DNA of 64,000 nucleotides from Candidatus Acidiferrales bacterium (lineage in GTDB: Bacteria > Chloroflexota > Dormibacteria > Aeolococcales > Aeolococcaceae). The stretch lies in NCBI GenBank assembly GCA_035534435.1, contig DATLRX010000081.1, positions 15,358-79,357 on the forward strand. Direction: 5' to 3'. The notes beneath the pieces are model-generated. The model made no database searches. It saw nothing but the letters and a program-made list of their open reading frames with translations, and was not told where the DNA came from. Shown here one piece after another: positions 52,059 to 63,726 of the stretch; positions within the stretch are counted from its first letter, which is position 1; the number at the start of each line of letters is the position of its first letter. The position numbers and the translations under genes are program-made.

Positions 52059-52950
52059 GCGCCGCCGGAGAGCAACGCTCGCGACGGTTCCGGTCACCGT
52101 CGCGATTTCACTGCTGATGACCGGCAGCACACCTGTCCGCGCCGCGACCGCGTGGTGGACCCCGGTCGCGCTGTCCGGCGTCGCGGTCACTAAGGTTTTT
52201 GCCACGGGTGACACGATCATGGTGCGCACCGGAACCGGCCGGACACTGTCGTCGACCGACGCCGGGAAGACGTTCTCGCCGGTCCAGGTCGGCGACGCGT
52301 CGTTCCCGCCCACGGGAACGGTGATCGTGGGCAACACGGAATGGTCGATCAGCAGCGCGCACCGCGTCGTGCATGACGACGATGTGGCCGGGAAAGGCGC
52401 CGTCATCACCGACCCGGGATCGCCCGACCTCGGCGCGGGCGCGGACCTGCTCGCCGCTCCCGCCGCGCTTCCCGGCGTCGTCGTCGCGGTGAGCACCAAC
52501 GGCACCGTCTGGCGTCGCGGCCAGGACGGAGACTGGAAGCAGGCGCTCCTCCTGCTGCCGCAGAGCCTCGTGCAGGGCGTGCCGAAAGTGACATCGGTGA
52601 CCGCGTTCACGAAGCCGCTCAGTGACGCGATCTATCTCGGAACCGACGGCTATGCCGTGCTCATCAGCACCGACGGGGGCGACGACTGGATCCGCGCCGG
52701 CCCGGGCCTTCCCGACTCGGTGTTCGCGCTCTCAGCAGATTCGGCACGCCATGCGGTGTACGCGGGAACGTCGGACGGCCTCTGGGTGCACGTGCTGCAG
52801 CAACTCCCGTCGCCGCCCGCGTACCAGGATGCCGCGCTCGTCTGGCGCTGGCTCGGCATCGGCGCGGTGACGCTGGTGGCGGCCGCCCTCACCCTGCTCG
52901 GATTGCTGCGCCTCACCTCGAGACGCACTCCCGACGCCGGCTTGGGCTAG
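52048..52950 (+). CDS. Secreted Asp-box-like repeat protein with C-terminal TM anchor and basic tail
   Basis: Signal peptide (VTVAISLLMTGSTPVRAA). Asp-box-like motifs (SSTDAGKTF, ISTDGGDDW). Tail (PSPPAYQDAALVWRWLGIGAVTLVAAALTLLGLLRLTSRR). Confidence 0.6.
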   Translation: MASERRRRATLATVPVTVAISLLMTGSTPVRAATAWWTPVALSGVAVTKVFATGDTIMVRTGTGRTLSSTDAGKTFSPVQVGDASFPPTGTVIVGNTEWSISSAHRVVHDDDVAGKGAVITDPGSPDLGAGADLLAAPAALPGVVVAVSTNGTVWRRGQDGDWKQALLLLPQSLVQGVPKVTSVTAFTKPLSDAIYLGTDGYAVLISTDGGDDWIRAGPGLPDSVFALSADSARHAVYAGTSDGLWVHVLQQLPSPPAYQDAALVWRWLGIGAVTLVAAALTLLGLLRLTSRRTPDAGLG

Positions 52951-52959
52951 CGTGGTCCG

Positions 52960-54987
<2,028 letters not shown>

Positions 54988-54990
54988 CGG

Positions 54991-56448
54991 TCAGAACTGC
55001 CCGCAGCCGGATGGGGTTGCCATCTCCTCGAGCGGCGGCAGGAACGCGAAGGTGGGGAGTGTGCGCCGGTCGCCGACCGGCAGGTAGTCGCCGGTGTGCG
55101 GGTCCTCGGCGTACTCGAGGTGGGGTCCGGTCGTCGTGATCTCGCGCAACGCGGCGATGAGCCGGTCGATGTGCTCCACCGTCGTCCCGATCCCGAACGA
55201 CGCGCGGATCGCGCCTGGGATCTCGTGGTGCTCGCCACGGCGCAGCCGCTCCCGGATCGTGTGCGCCTCGCCGATGCTCACGCCGAGCAGGTGCGTGATG
55301 TACGGATGCGCGCAGAAGCAGCCGTGTCGAACGCCGATCGCGTACTCGGCGCTGAGCACCGACGCGACGAGCGCGTGATGCATCCCGTCCACAGCGAACG
55401 TGCTCACCCCGAGCCGGTCGACGTCGGGTCCGTCCCAGAGCCGGAGGCGACGCAGCCTCGGGATCTCGTTGATCTGCCCGTCGAGGTATGCGAGCAACCG
55501 TTTCTCGTGCGCGCCGATGGGCGTCATGCCCGTCCTGCCGAGGACGGTGCATGCGGCACCGAGAGCGATCGCTCCGATGACGTTCGGGCTTCCCGCCTCG
55601 TGGCGATCCGGGAGTGATGCCCACTGCACGTCGTCGGTCGTGACGTACGTGACCGCGCCGCCGCCGGCGAGCATCGGCTCGGCATCGGCCATCACCGCCG
55701 ACGGCGCGATGAGCGCGCCGCCACCGAACGGCGCGTACATCTTGTGCCCCGACAGCGCGAGAAAGTCGATGCCCATGGCCACCATGTCGATCGCGCGGTG
55801 CGGGGCGAGCTGCGCCGCGTCGACGCTCAGCAGGGCCCCGTGCTCGTGCGCGATGCGGCCGATCTCGGCGATCGGGAAGACCTCGCCGGTGACGTTGCTC
55901 GCGCCGGTGATGGCGACGACGCCGATCGGGCGGTGCCTGTCCTCCAGGGCGCGGCGCAGGTCGGCGAGGAGGAGCTCGGGTGACTCCGGGGCGGCGAGCA
56001 GGTCGACGTTCGCGATGCGGCGCCAGGGAAGCATGTTCGCGTGGTGCTCCACGATGGTGCTCAGCACAGAGTGCCCCGGACGCAGCACGAGGCAGTGCGA
56101 CAGGAGGTTGATGGCCTCCGTCGTGTTGCGGACAAAGATGACTGTATCCGTCGATCGTGCGCCCACGAAGGTGGCGACGGCGGCACGGGCGGCCTCGTAC
56201 GCGCGTGTCGACACCTGCGATGCGAAGCCGGCGCCGCGATGCACGCTCGAGTACCACGGAAGGAACTCGATCACCGCGTCGGCGACGGGCTCCATCGCCG
56301 GTGTGCTCGCCGCCATGTCGAGGTTCACGTACGTGCGCGTCTCTCCCGAGGCGAGCTGCACCTCGAGATCCTGGCCGACGAGGCGGGGGAGGGTCGTGCC
56401 CGCCGTCCGGCGCCGTCGCTGGGTGCGAGGTGTGGACTCGGTGAGCAT
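54991..56448 (-). CDS. Class V aminotransferase-fold PLP enzyme (cysteine desulfurase / C-S lyase-like)
   Basis: 485 aa. PLP-lysine region (ALSGHKMYAPFGGGALI), SSVHRG, VDAAQLAPH. The ATG shares 1 nt with the hutI stop. Confidence 0.88.
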   Translation of the reverse strand: MLTESTPRTQRRRRTAGTTLPRLVGQDLEVQLASGETRTYVNLDMAASTPAMEPVADAVIEFLPWYSSVHRGAGFASQVSTRAYEAARAAVATFVGARSTDTVIFVRNTTEAINLLSHCLVLRPGHSVLSTIVEHHANMLPWRRIANVDLLAAPESPELLLADLRRALEDRHRPIGVVAITGASNVTGEVFPIAEIGRIAHEHGALLSVDAAQLAPHRAIDMVAMGIDFLALSGHKMYAPFGGGALIAPSAVMADAEPMLAGGGAVTYVTTDDVQWASLPDRHEAGSPNVIGAIALGAACTVLGRTGMTPIGAHEKRLLAYLDGQINEIPRLRRLRLWDGPDVDRLGVSTFAVDGMHHALVASVLSAEYAIGVRHGCFCAHPYITHLLGVSIGEAHTIRERLRRGEHHEIPGAIRASFGIGTTVEHIDRLIAALREITTTGPHLEYAEDPHTGDYLPVGDRRTLPTFAFLPPLEEMATPSGCGQF

Positions 56449-57668
56449 CAGGTCTTCGAGGGTACTGCCAACCGGCCCTGCAGCAGCACACTCCCGATCA
56501 CGTCACCGCCGAGGTGGTATGCGACGTCGACCCAGTGCTCCGAGTTCAGGATCACCGCATCGCAGCGCATGCCGGCCCGCAGCATGCCCCGATCTCTGAG
56601 ACGCAGGGCGGCGGCCCCGCCGGCGGTGGCGGCCACGAGCGCTTCAGCGGGGGTCAGGCCGGCCCGTGCGACGGCGAGCGAGATCATCAGGGGCATGGAC
56701 TCGGTGTACGAGGTCCCGGGGTTGCAGTCGGTCGCGATGGCCACGGTGCATCCCGCACCGATCAGGAGGCGTCCGGGCGGTGGCGGCCCACCGAGCACCA
56801 CCGACGCGCCCGGCAGCATGACCCCCACGACTCCGGCGCCGGCGAGCGCGGCGCAATCCTCGGCGGTCGCATGCTCCAGGTGGTCCGCGCTCACCGCTCC
56901 GACCCGGGCTGCGAGCATCGCCCCGCCGCTCCTCGAACGCTGCTCCGCGTGCACCTTCGCGCGCAGGCGGTGCGGGAGCGCGGCGGTGAAGACGCGCTCG
57001 CACTCGGCGACGGTGAACGCGCCGGTCTCGCAGAAGGCGTCGATGAACGAGGCGCGTTTCGCGGCGTCGACCACCCCTCTCGCGCACACGTCGTCGATGA
57101 GCGCGTCGCGCGAACCGTCGGGCAGCGCCTGCAGCGGCAGGTAGGTCGGCACGATGTCGGGGAGGTCCGGATACTCGCGCAGGCGAAGCGCCGCGTCGAG
57201 TTGACGCATCTCGGCCTCGTGCTCGAGCCCATACCCGCTCTTGACCTCGATCGTCGTCGTGCCGTGCGCGAGCATCTCCAGTGCTCTGCGCCGAGCTGTC
57301 GCGGTCAGCTCCTCGACGCTCCCTGCCGCGGTGGTGCGCACGGTGGCGCGGATACCACCACCCGCCGCTGCGATCTCCTCGTATGAGGTGCCCGATGCAC
57401 GGCGGGCGTACTCCTCACCGCGGTCGCCGAGCCAGACGATGTGGGTGTGCGCGTCGACGAACCCGGGGACGACGGCCGCTCCACGGGCATGGACCTCGAG
57501 CGTCCCCCCGCGCATGTGCGACCGATCCAGGCCGCTCTCAGGGCCCGCGTAGGTGATGACCCCGTCGTGTGCCGCCAGTGCCGCGTCCGGCACCACGCCT
57601 GGCGCGTCGCCGCGCTCCGGGTCGCAGGTGCAGAGCGCGCCGATGCCGCGCACGACCACCGATGTCAC
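56448..57668 (-). CDS. hutI: Imidazolonepropionase
   Basis: 406 aa (PGFVDAHTHIVW, GGGIRATV, TTIEVKSGYGL, HAEQ, ATDCNPG). Confidence 0.93.
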   Translation of the reverse strand: MTSVVVRGIGALCTCDPERGDAPGVVPDAALAAHDGVITYAGPESGLDRSHMRGGTLEVHARGAAVVPGFVDAHTHIVWLGDRGEEYARRASGTSYEEIAAAGGGIRATVRTTAAGSVEELTATARRRALEMLAHGTTTIEVKSGYGLEHEAEMRQLDAALRLREYPDLPDIVPTYLPLQALPDGSRDALIDDVCARGVVDAAKRASFIDAFCETGAFTVAECERVFTAALPHRLRAKVHAEQRSRSGGAMLAARVGAVSADHLEHATAEDCAALAGAGVVGVMLPGASVVLGGPPPPGRLLIGAGCTVAIATDCNPGTSYTESMPLMISLAVARAGLTPAEALVAATAGGAAALRLRDRGMLRAGMRCDAVILNSEHWVDVAYHLGGDVIGSVLLQGRLAVPSKT

Positions 57669-58576
57669 GACACGGACGTCCCATGAGCACGCGATGCCAG
57701 GCCGGCGCAGAAGCTGACGAACGCGGCTGCGGCGAGCCGGACCGTCATCCCGTTCACGTCAGCGCTCGCGTCCACCTCCGCAAGGTCGGCTGCTGCGACA
57801 CGGTGATCCGCTCCGAGGAGGAACGCCGCGCGGAGCAGATCCCCCGGACTCAATCCGCCCGGCAGGCTCGCGGGGCATGCCGGAGCAAAGGCTCGATCGA
57901 CGACGTCGACGTCGAGATCCACGTAGATCCGTTCGACCCCGGCCCCGGCGAGCCCTGACAGGGCGGACGCGATGACCGCGTCCATGCCGCGCTCGCGCAC
58001 CGCGGCCAGCGGGAAGATGTGGATCCCCTGCGCACGCGCCCAGCCCGCGTGCTCGCGCGCGTTGCCGAGTGGATGGATGCCGATCTGGGACACGCGGTTC
58101 CCGGGAAGCCCGGCGACGATCAGCTCGCGCACCGGCGTGCCGTTGCGCGACCCGTCGGTGACCGGCCTGCAGTCGTGGTGCGCGTCGAGTGTGAGCAATC
58201 CCCACGCCGCGTCCGATGATGCCGCCATGACGCCCTGCATCGCCGGGCGTGTCAGGGAGTTGTCGCCGCCGATGACGAACACGGCGGCGCACGTTCGCGC
58301 TGCTGCCTCGGCCGCGGCGCGGATGCGGTCATGCGCGGCGCTTGCGTCCGTGTCACCGCTGTCGCCGAGGACGTCGCCGAGGTCACGGACGTGCAGATCC
58401 GCAATGTCGATGTCGTGCTCCGCATCCCACGTGGGGAATCGATTCAGTGCGGCTCGAAACGATGGTGGCGTCGTCCACGACTCCACCGCGGAGATCGAAG
58501 CACGCGAGATCGGCGCACCGAGCAGGACGATGTCGGGGACCGCAGCGCCTTCGTTGAGCCAGTCGCGGGCGTTCAC
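57665..58576 (-). CDS. hutG: Arginase-family formimidoylglutamase
   Basis: GTG 58576 (GTGA overlap with the hutU stop). [21 protein letters not shown] metal-ligand motifs. The hut context supports the assignment over agmatinase. Confidence 0.8.
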   Translation of the reverse strand: MNARDWLNEGAAVPDIVLLGAPISRASISAVESWTTPPSFRAALNRFPTWDAEHDIDIADLHVRDLGDVLGDSGDTDASAAHDRIRAAAEAAARTCAAVFVIGGDNSLTRPAMQGVMAASSDAAWGLLTLDAHHDCRPVTDGSRNGTPVRELIVAGLPGNRVSQIGIHPLGNAREHAGWARAQGIHIFPLAAVRERGMDAVIASALSGLAGAGVERIYVDLDVDVVDRAFAPACPASLPGGLSPGDLLRAAFLLGADHRVAAADLAEVDASADVNGMTVRLAAAAFVSFCAGLASRAHGTSVS

Positions 58577-60246
58577 GCGTCGGGTGCTGTGCCGAGCATG
58601 GGCACCCGCACGCCGCGAGCGCGTGCCGCGTCCTGCGCCTGGGGATAGCCCGCGTCGGCGTGGCGCATGACGCCGGTGGACGGATCGTTGGTCAGCATCA
58701 GCTCGCAGCGCCGTGCCGAGAGCTCGGTGCCGTCCGCGCAGACCTGCGCGCCCGCATGGATCGAAAGGCCCATGCCGACGCCACCGCCGTGGTGCACCGC
58801 GACCCACGTCGCTCCGCTCGAGGTGTTGAGCAGCGCGTTGAGGATGGGCCAGTCGGCGATGGCATCGCTGCCGTCGCGCATCGCCTCGGTCTCGCGCATC
58901 GGTGACGCGACGGACCCGCTGTCGAGGTGATCACGCCCGATCACGATCGGCGCCGACAGCTCCCCGGTGCGCACCATGTCGTTGAACCGCATCCCGGCGA
59001 GATGACGCTCGCCGGCACCGAGCCAGCAGATCCGCGCCGGCAGACCCTGGAAGTGCACGCGGTCGCGCGCGAGCGACATCCAGCGATGCAGACCGTCGTG
59101 GTCGGGGAACAGCTCGAGCATCGCGGCGTCAGTGCGAGCGATGTCCTGCGGGTCGCCGCTCAACGCGACCCACCGGAAGGGCCCGCGTCCCTCACAGAAC
59201 TGGTCGCGGATGTATGCGGGGACGAAGCCCGGGTACGCGAACGCGTCCGCGAAGCCGCCGATCCGCGCCTGGTCGCGCAGCGAGTTGCCGTAGTCGAACA
59301 CCTCGGCACCGCGTTTCTGGTACTCCACCATCGCCGCGCAGTGCCTCGCCATCGACTCGCGAGAGCGTCGCATGTATCCCTCGGGATCACCGACGCGCAG
59401 CGAGGCCGCCTTCTCGAGGCTGATCCCGGCGGGCACGTACCCGTTCAACGGATCGTGGGCGCTCGTCTGATCCGTGACGACGTCGATGGCGAGCGCGGAG
59501 TCGAGCAGCGCCGGCAGGGCGTCCGCCGCGTTCGCACACACCGCCACCGACAGCGCGCGGCCCTCCTCGCGCGCGACGTCCACCCGTCGCACCGCTGCGT
59601 CCAGCGTGTCGCACACCTCATCGACATAGCCGGTGTCGAGGCGCCGCTGGATGCGCGCCCGGTCGACCTCGACGCACAGGGCTACGCCGCCGCTCATGGT
59701 GACGGCGAGCGGCTGCGCGCCGCCCATGCCCCCGAGCCCGGCGGTCACGACGAGACGGCCGCGCAGGCTGCCGCCGAATCGCTTGCGCGCCACCGCCTCG
59801 AAGGTCTCGAACGTGCCCTGCAGGATGCCCTGCGTGCCGATGTAGATCCACGACCCGGCGGTCATCTGTCCGTACATCGTCAGCCCCATCGCCTCGAGCT
59901 TCCAGAACTCCTCCCATGTCGCCCAGCGTGGGACGAGCAGCGAGTTGGCGATGAGCACGCGCGGCGCGAGCTCGTGCGTGCGCGCGATCCCGACGGGCTT
60001 GCCGGACTGCACGAGGAGGGTCTCGTCATCGCGCAGCGACCGCAGCGACGCGACGATGGCGTCAAAACACTCCCATGAGCGCGCCGCGCGCCCGGTGCCG
60101 CCGTAGACGACGAGCGAGTCCGGATCCTCCGCGACATCGGGGTCGAGGTTGTTCATGAGGCAGCGCAACGGCGCCTCGGTCTGCCAGCTGCCGCAGCTGA
60201 GCGTGGTTCCGCGCGGCGCGCGCACCGGTCGCGGTCCGGCGGTCAT
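58573..60246 (-). CDS. hutU: Urocanate hydratase
   Basis: ATG 60246 (ATGA overlap with the hutH stop). [42 protein letters not shown]. Confidence 0.96.
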   Translation of the reverse strand: MTAGPRPVRAPRGTTLSCGSWQTEAPLRCLMNNLDPDVAEDPDSLVVYGGTGRAARSWECFDAIVASLRSLRDDETLLVQSGKPVGIARTHELAPRVLIANSLLVPRWATWEEFWKLEAMGLTMYGQMTAGSWIYIGTQGILQGTFETFEAVARKRFGGSLRGRLVVTAGLGGMGGAQPLAVTMSGGVALCVEVDRARIQRRLDTGYVDEVCDTLDAAVRRVDVAREEGRALSVAVCANAADALPALLDSALAIDVVTDQTSAHDPLNGYVPAGISLEKAASLRVGDPEGYMRRSRESMARHCAAMVEYQKRGAEVFDYGNSLRDQARIGGFADAFAYPGFVPAYIRDQFCEGRGPFRWVALSGDPQDIARTDAAMLELFPDHDGLHRWMSLARDRVHFQGLPARICWLGAGERHLAGMRFNDMVRTGELSAPIVIGRDHLDSGSVASPMRETEAMRDGSDAIADWPILNALLNTSSGATWVAVHHGGGVGMGLSIHAGAQVCADGTELSARRCELMLTNDPSTGVMRHADAGYPQAQDAARARGVRVPMLGTAPDA

Positions 60247-61769
60247 CGCAGCGACACCCCGGCTGTGGCGAGGGGCTCGCGCCATGCCGAGTCCCGAACC
60301 CATCCCTCGACCGCCTCGATATCGCCGCTGAGCACTCGATCAGCGCCGAGCGGCGCCGCGAGCGCGCGCACCGAGGCGATCAGTGCGCCGGTGGCCGGCC
60401 CCGGGTGCTGCGGATGGCGCAGCTCCACCGCCTGCACGGCGCCGAACACCTCGATGGCAAGCACCGACCGGAGCAGGCCGACGGAGCGCCGGGTCCGCAG
60501 CGAAGCCTCATACCCCATCGAGACATGGTCCTCCTGACCTGCGCTCGTCGTCGCGCTCTGCACCGCAAGCGGCGTGGCCGCGTGCCGCAGCGCCGCCACC
60601 AGCGCGGCGGCCGTGTACTGGGTGATCATCAAACCGCTGTTGAGTCCCGGCTCGGGGCTGAGGAACGCCGGCAGCCCGCGCGAGCGCGCGGGGTCGAGCA
60701 GGCGGTCGAGGCGCCGCTCGCTGATCGCCGCGACATCGGCGCACACCGACGCCAGGAGGTCCGCGGCATAGGCGAGCGCCTGCCCGTGAAAGTTGCCGGC
60801 GCTCACCACCTCGTCATCGAGCACCACCGGGTTATCGACAACACTGGCCAGTTCATGTGCGAGGGTCTGCCGGCAGAATGCCACCGCGTCGCGCGCGGCG
60901 CCGTGCACCTGCGGCGCGCATCGCAGCGAGTACGCATCCTGGACGGCGTGCCGCGAGACCCGGTGCGAGGCGACGATGGGGCTGTCGTGCAGCAGCGCGC
61001 GGAGGTTGGCCGCCGAATCCGCCTGACCGCTCGCCGGACGGAGCCCGACCACGCGCTCGCCGTACGCGACCGTGGTGCCGAGCAACGCCTCGACGCTCAA
61101 AGCGCATGCGATGTCGGCGACGCGCAGCAGTTCCTCGACGTCGTGCACCGCCAGCGCGAGCAGAGTCGTCATCGCGTCCGTGCCGTTGATCAGCGCGAGC
61201 CCCTCCTTGGGCTCGACGTCGATCGGCGTGAGGCCGTGAGCGCGCAGCGCGGATGCCCCGTCGATCCGCTCGCCGCGCGCTCCCGACACCCAGCCCTCGC
61301 CGAGCAGCACGGTCGCGATGGCAGCCAGCGGTGCCAGGTCACCGGACGCCCCGAGCGAGCCGTGCTCCGGCACCCAGGGCACCACCCCCGCGTCCAGCAG
61401 CCCAAGCAGCGCCTCGACCAGCTCGGGCCGCACCCCGGAGAGCCCGGCGGCGAGCGTCCGGGCCCGGAGCAGGATCATCCCGCGCACGACCTCGTCGTCG
61501 AGGCGGGGTCCCGACCCGGCCGCGTGGCTCAGCACGACGGAGCGCTGCAGGAGGGATCGATCCGGAGGGTCCACCGCGCGATCCGCGAGCGCGCCGAAGC
61601 CCGTCGTGACCCCGTAGACGACCGCGCCCTCACGATCGAGGCGATCGACCACGGCGCGCGCCGGAGCCATGCGGGCGCGGACCCCCTCGCCGAGGGTGAC
61701 CGGCTCGCGCCCGCGAGCCGCACGCACCACGGCGTCGATCGACAACGCGCCGCCGTCGACAGTGATCAT
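60243..61769 (-). CDS. hutH: Histidine ammonia-lyase
   Basis: 508 aa. MIO-forming [29 protein letters not shown]. Confidence 0.95.
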   Translation of the reverse strand: MITVDGGALSIDAVVRAARGREPVTLGEGVRARMAPARAVVDRLDREGAVVYGVTTGFGALADRAVDPPDRSLLQRSVVLSHAAGSGPRLDDEVVRGMILLRARTLAAGLSGVRPELVEALLGLLDAGVVPWVPEHGSLGASGDLAPLAAIATVLLGEGWVSGARGERIDGASALRAHGLTPIDVEPKEGLALINGTDAMTTLLALAVHDVEELLRVADIACALSVEALLGTTVAYGERVVGLRPASGQADSAANLRALLHDSPIVASHRVSRHAVQDAYSLRCAPQVHGAARDAVAFCRQTLAHELASVVDNPVVLDDEVVSAGNFHGQALAYAADLLASVCADVAAISERRLDRLLDPARSRGLPAFLSPEPGLNSGLMITQYTAAALVAALRHAATPLAVQSATTSAGQEDHVSMGYEASLRTRRSVGLLRSVLAIEVFGAVQAVELRHPQHPGPATGALIASVRALAAPLGADRVLSGDIEAVEGWVRDSAWREPLATAGVSLR

Positions 61770-61813
61770 TCGGCGAGCAGCCTACCCGACCCTGCAACGC
61801 CTCGACATCCGCG

Positions 61814-63043
61814 ATGCGCGCGAAGCCGGGGGGTGCGCACGTACGTTATGCGTGCATGGATCCGCAGCCACCGAGCGCGCCGCCGCCCTGGCCGCCGCCC
61901 CCACCGCCAGGCCTTTCGCGGCACGAGGCGTGGATCCTCGAGCCCGCGGCACGACCCATCGGGCCGGTCCCGCGGCGGCGCTGGCCGGTCGCATCATTTG
62001 TCATCGCCGTTCTGGTCGTGGGCATGACGGGCATTGCCCTGGGAGCAGCCGGCTCCACCGCCGCGGCCGCATCGCAGGCGGCGCAGCTCGAAGCCGCCGG
62101 GGACTACGCATCGGCGATCGCGATCGATCAGGTGATCGAAGGCCGGACCGGGCCGCTGTTCCTCCTCGACCCCTCGGCGGCCGGAGCGGCGTCGGCCGCG
62201 GAGGAGCAGACCCTGCTCGCCTGGGCCAGGTCCCTGGGTCGCAAGGGTCAGGTCGACGAGGCGGTGGTGCTGTACCGATCCGTCCGCGACGGTTCGCTGC
62301 GCCCCAAGGCGACCGAGGCGCTCGCGTCGCTGCTGTACGCATCGTCGATGAGCGACGCTGCGCGCTCCGACTATCCGCTCGCCATCGCCCGGTTGCAGGA
62401 GATCATCGCGCTGGCCCCGGGGACCGCAGCCGCGGCTCAGGCGCAGCGGCAACTCCCGATCGACCAGGCCGGCGAGGCTCGCGTGCTCGTCGCCGCCGGG
62501 CACGCGGCGGACGCGGTGACGCTGCTCGATCAGGTCGTGGCAGAGGACTCTGCGCAGGCGAGCGCGACTGCCGCATCGCTCTACCCCGCGGCGCTCCTGA
62601 TCGCGGGGCAGGAGGAGATCGCGCAGCTGTCCTACAAGGAGGCGGTGGTCGACCTCCAGCGCCTGGTGGCCAGGTTCCCGGGCACCGCGCAGGCGCTGGA
62701 GGCTCAGTCGATGCTCAGCGCCCCGGTCGCGGTGGCGGGGACGCTGGTGGCTCGCAGCGGTGTCCCGCAGTCGGGACCGGTGCGGCTGAGCACGAACTAC
62801 AAGGCGGAACCGGGTGGGACGTACAAGACAAGCGGACCGTTCATCGTGTCGGCCGCGGACTCCTCCGGGGACTTCATCTTCCGCTCCGTCCCCGTCGGCG
62901 GTCCCTACGTGCTCGAGTTCTACGCCGGCGGCAACTGGACCACGCTGATCGACCCGACGACCGGTCAGCCGTCGCACCCGGTCAAGGTCACGGCGCTCGT
63001 CCCGGTCGACCTCACCTTCGTCGTCCTGCCGCCTGCCTCCTGA
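61814..63043 (+). CDS. Membrane-anchored protein with a helical-repeat (TPR-like) region and a C-terminal beta-sandwich (carboxypeptidase-regulatory-like) domain
   Basis: Pro-rich N-terminus and one TM helix (VASFVIAVLVVGMTGIALG). Ala-rich helical repeats. C-terminal GDFIFRSVPVGGPYVLEF. The start may be ATG 61856. The family call is tentative. Confidence 0.55.
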   Translation: MRAKPGGAHVRYACMDPQPPSAPPPWPPPPPPGLSRHEAWILEPAARPIGPVPRRRWPVASFVIAVLVVGMTGIALGAAGSTAAAASQAAQLEAAGDYASAIAIDQVIEGRTGPLFLLDPSAAGAASAAEEQTLLAWARSLGRKGQVDEAVVLYRSVRDGSLRPKATEALASLLYASSMSDAARSDYPLAIARLQEIIALAPGTAAAAQAQRQLPIDQAGEARVLVAAGHAADAVTLLDQVVAEDSAQASATAASLYPAALLIAGQEEIAQLSYKEAVVDLQRLVARFPGTAQALEAQSMLSAPVAVAGTLVARSGVPQSGPVRLSTNYKAEPGGTYKTSGPFIVSAADSSGDFIFRSVPVGGPYVLEFYAGGNWTTLIDPTTGQPSHPVKVTALVPVDLTFVVLPPAS

Positions 63044-63066
63044 GGCAGGGCGGTCTGTCCCTGTGA

Positions 63067-63726
63067 GTGGGTGCCCGCCGCAGGTACGATGGTCGGATGG
63101 GAGGGGAATCCGAGGATGTCGTGCGTCCTCGACGCGTGCCCCGGACCGGCCGCCGCGCCCAGGCAACACTCGAGTTCGCGGTCGTCGTACCGCTCTTTCT
63201 GCTCTGCCTCATCGGCGCGCTCGACGCGGGGCTGTGGGCCGTCCAGACCTCCGCTGAGGTGTCGGCCGTCGAGCAGGCCGCGACGGTGGCGGCGTCCGCG
63301 GGCTCGAATCCGGCCGCCGAGACGGCGCCCGACGCTCGAGCGGTGACCGCGGCCGTTGCAGGGTCGTTGCACGCGGCGCTGTTCGGGACGAGCGTCACCG
63401 GCTGGTGCGATGCGGACTCGTCGGGAGCCTGCAGGCCGGACGTGACCGCGCACTGCCCGGCCACGCCGGCCGAGGTGCAGGCGGCGATGGGGCCGCGGGT
63501 GGTGGTGGTCTGCGTCACCGAGCAGGACCCACCGCCGTGTGTCGCGCCTCCTCCGGGCGTGCCGTCGCCGTTTCCTCCGAAATGCGACGACTCGCCACTG
63601 ATCACCGTGCGGGTGATCGGCTTCGTCGCATCGTTCGTTCCTCCCGGGTTCGGGCCGGGAGCGACCGGTTTCGAGCTCCCCACGGATATCTCGGCAACCA
63701 CGCACACCCTGCGTTTCGCCCCGTGA
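63067..63726 (+). CDS. TadE/TadG-like pilus assembly (pseudopilin) protein
   Basis: TadE signature (RRAQATLEFAVVVPLFLLCLIGALDAGLW). The start is uncertain (GTG 63067, ATG 63097 or a GTG near 63118). Confidence 0.75.
   Translation: MGARRRYDGRMGGESEDVVRPRRVPRTGRRAQATLEFAVVVPLFLLCLIGALDAGLWAVQTSAEVSAVEQAATVAASAGSNPAAETAPDARAVTAAVAGSLHAALFGTSVTGWCDADSSGACRPDVTAHCPATPAEVQAAMGPRVVVVCVTEQDPPPCVAPPPGVPSPFPPKCDDSPLITVRVIGFVASFVPPGFGPGATGFELPTDISATTHTLRFAP

Noticed and set aside
60243-61769. hutH homologue as an ergothionase (ergothioneine catabolism), given the linked sulfur-type PLP enzyme
   Set aside because: The protein retains the Ala-Ser-Gly MIO-forming triad ([13 protein letters not shown]) typical of true histidine ammonia-lyases. 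The remaining genes are the standard urocanase, imidazolonepropionase and formimidoylglutamase set.
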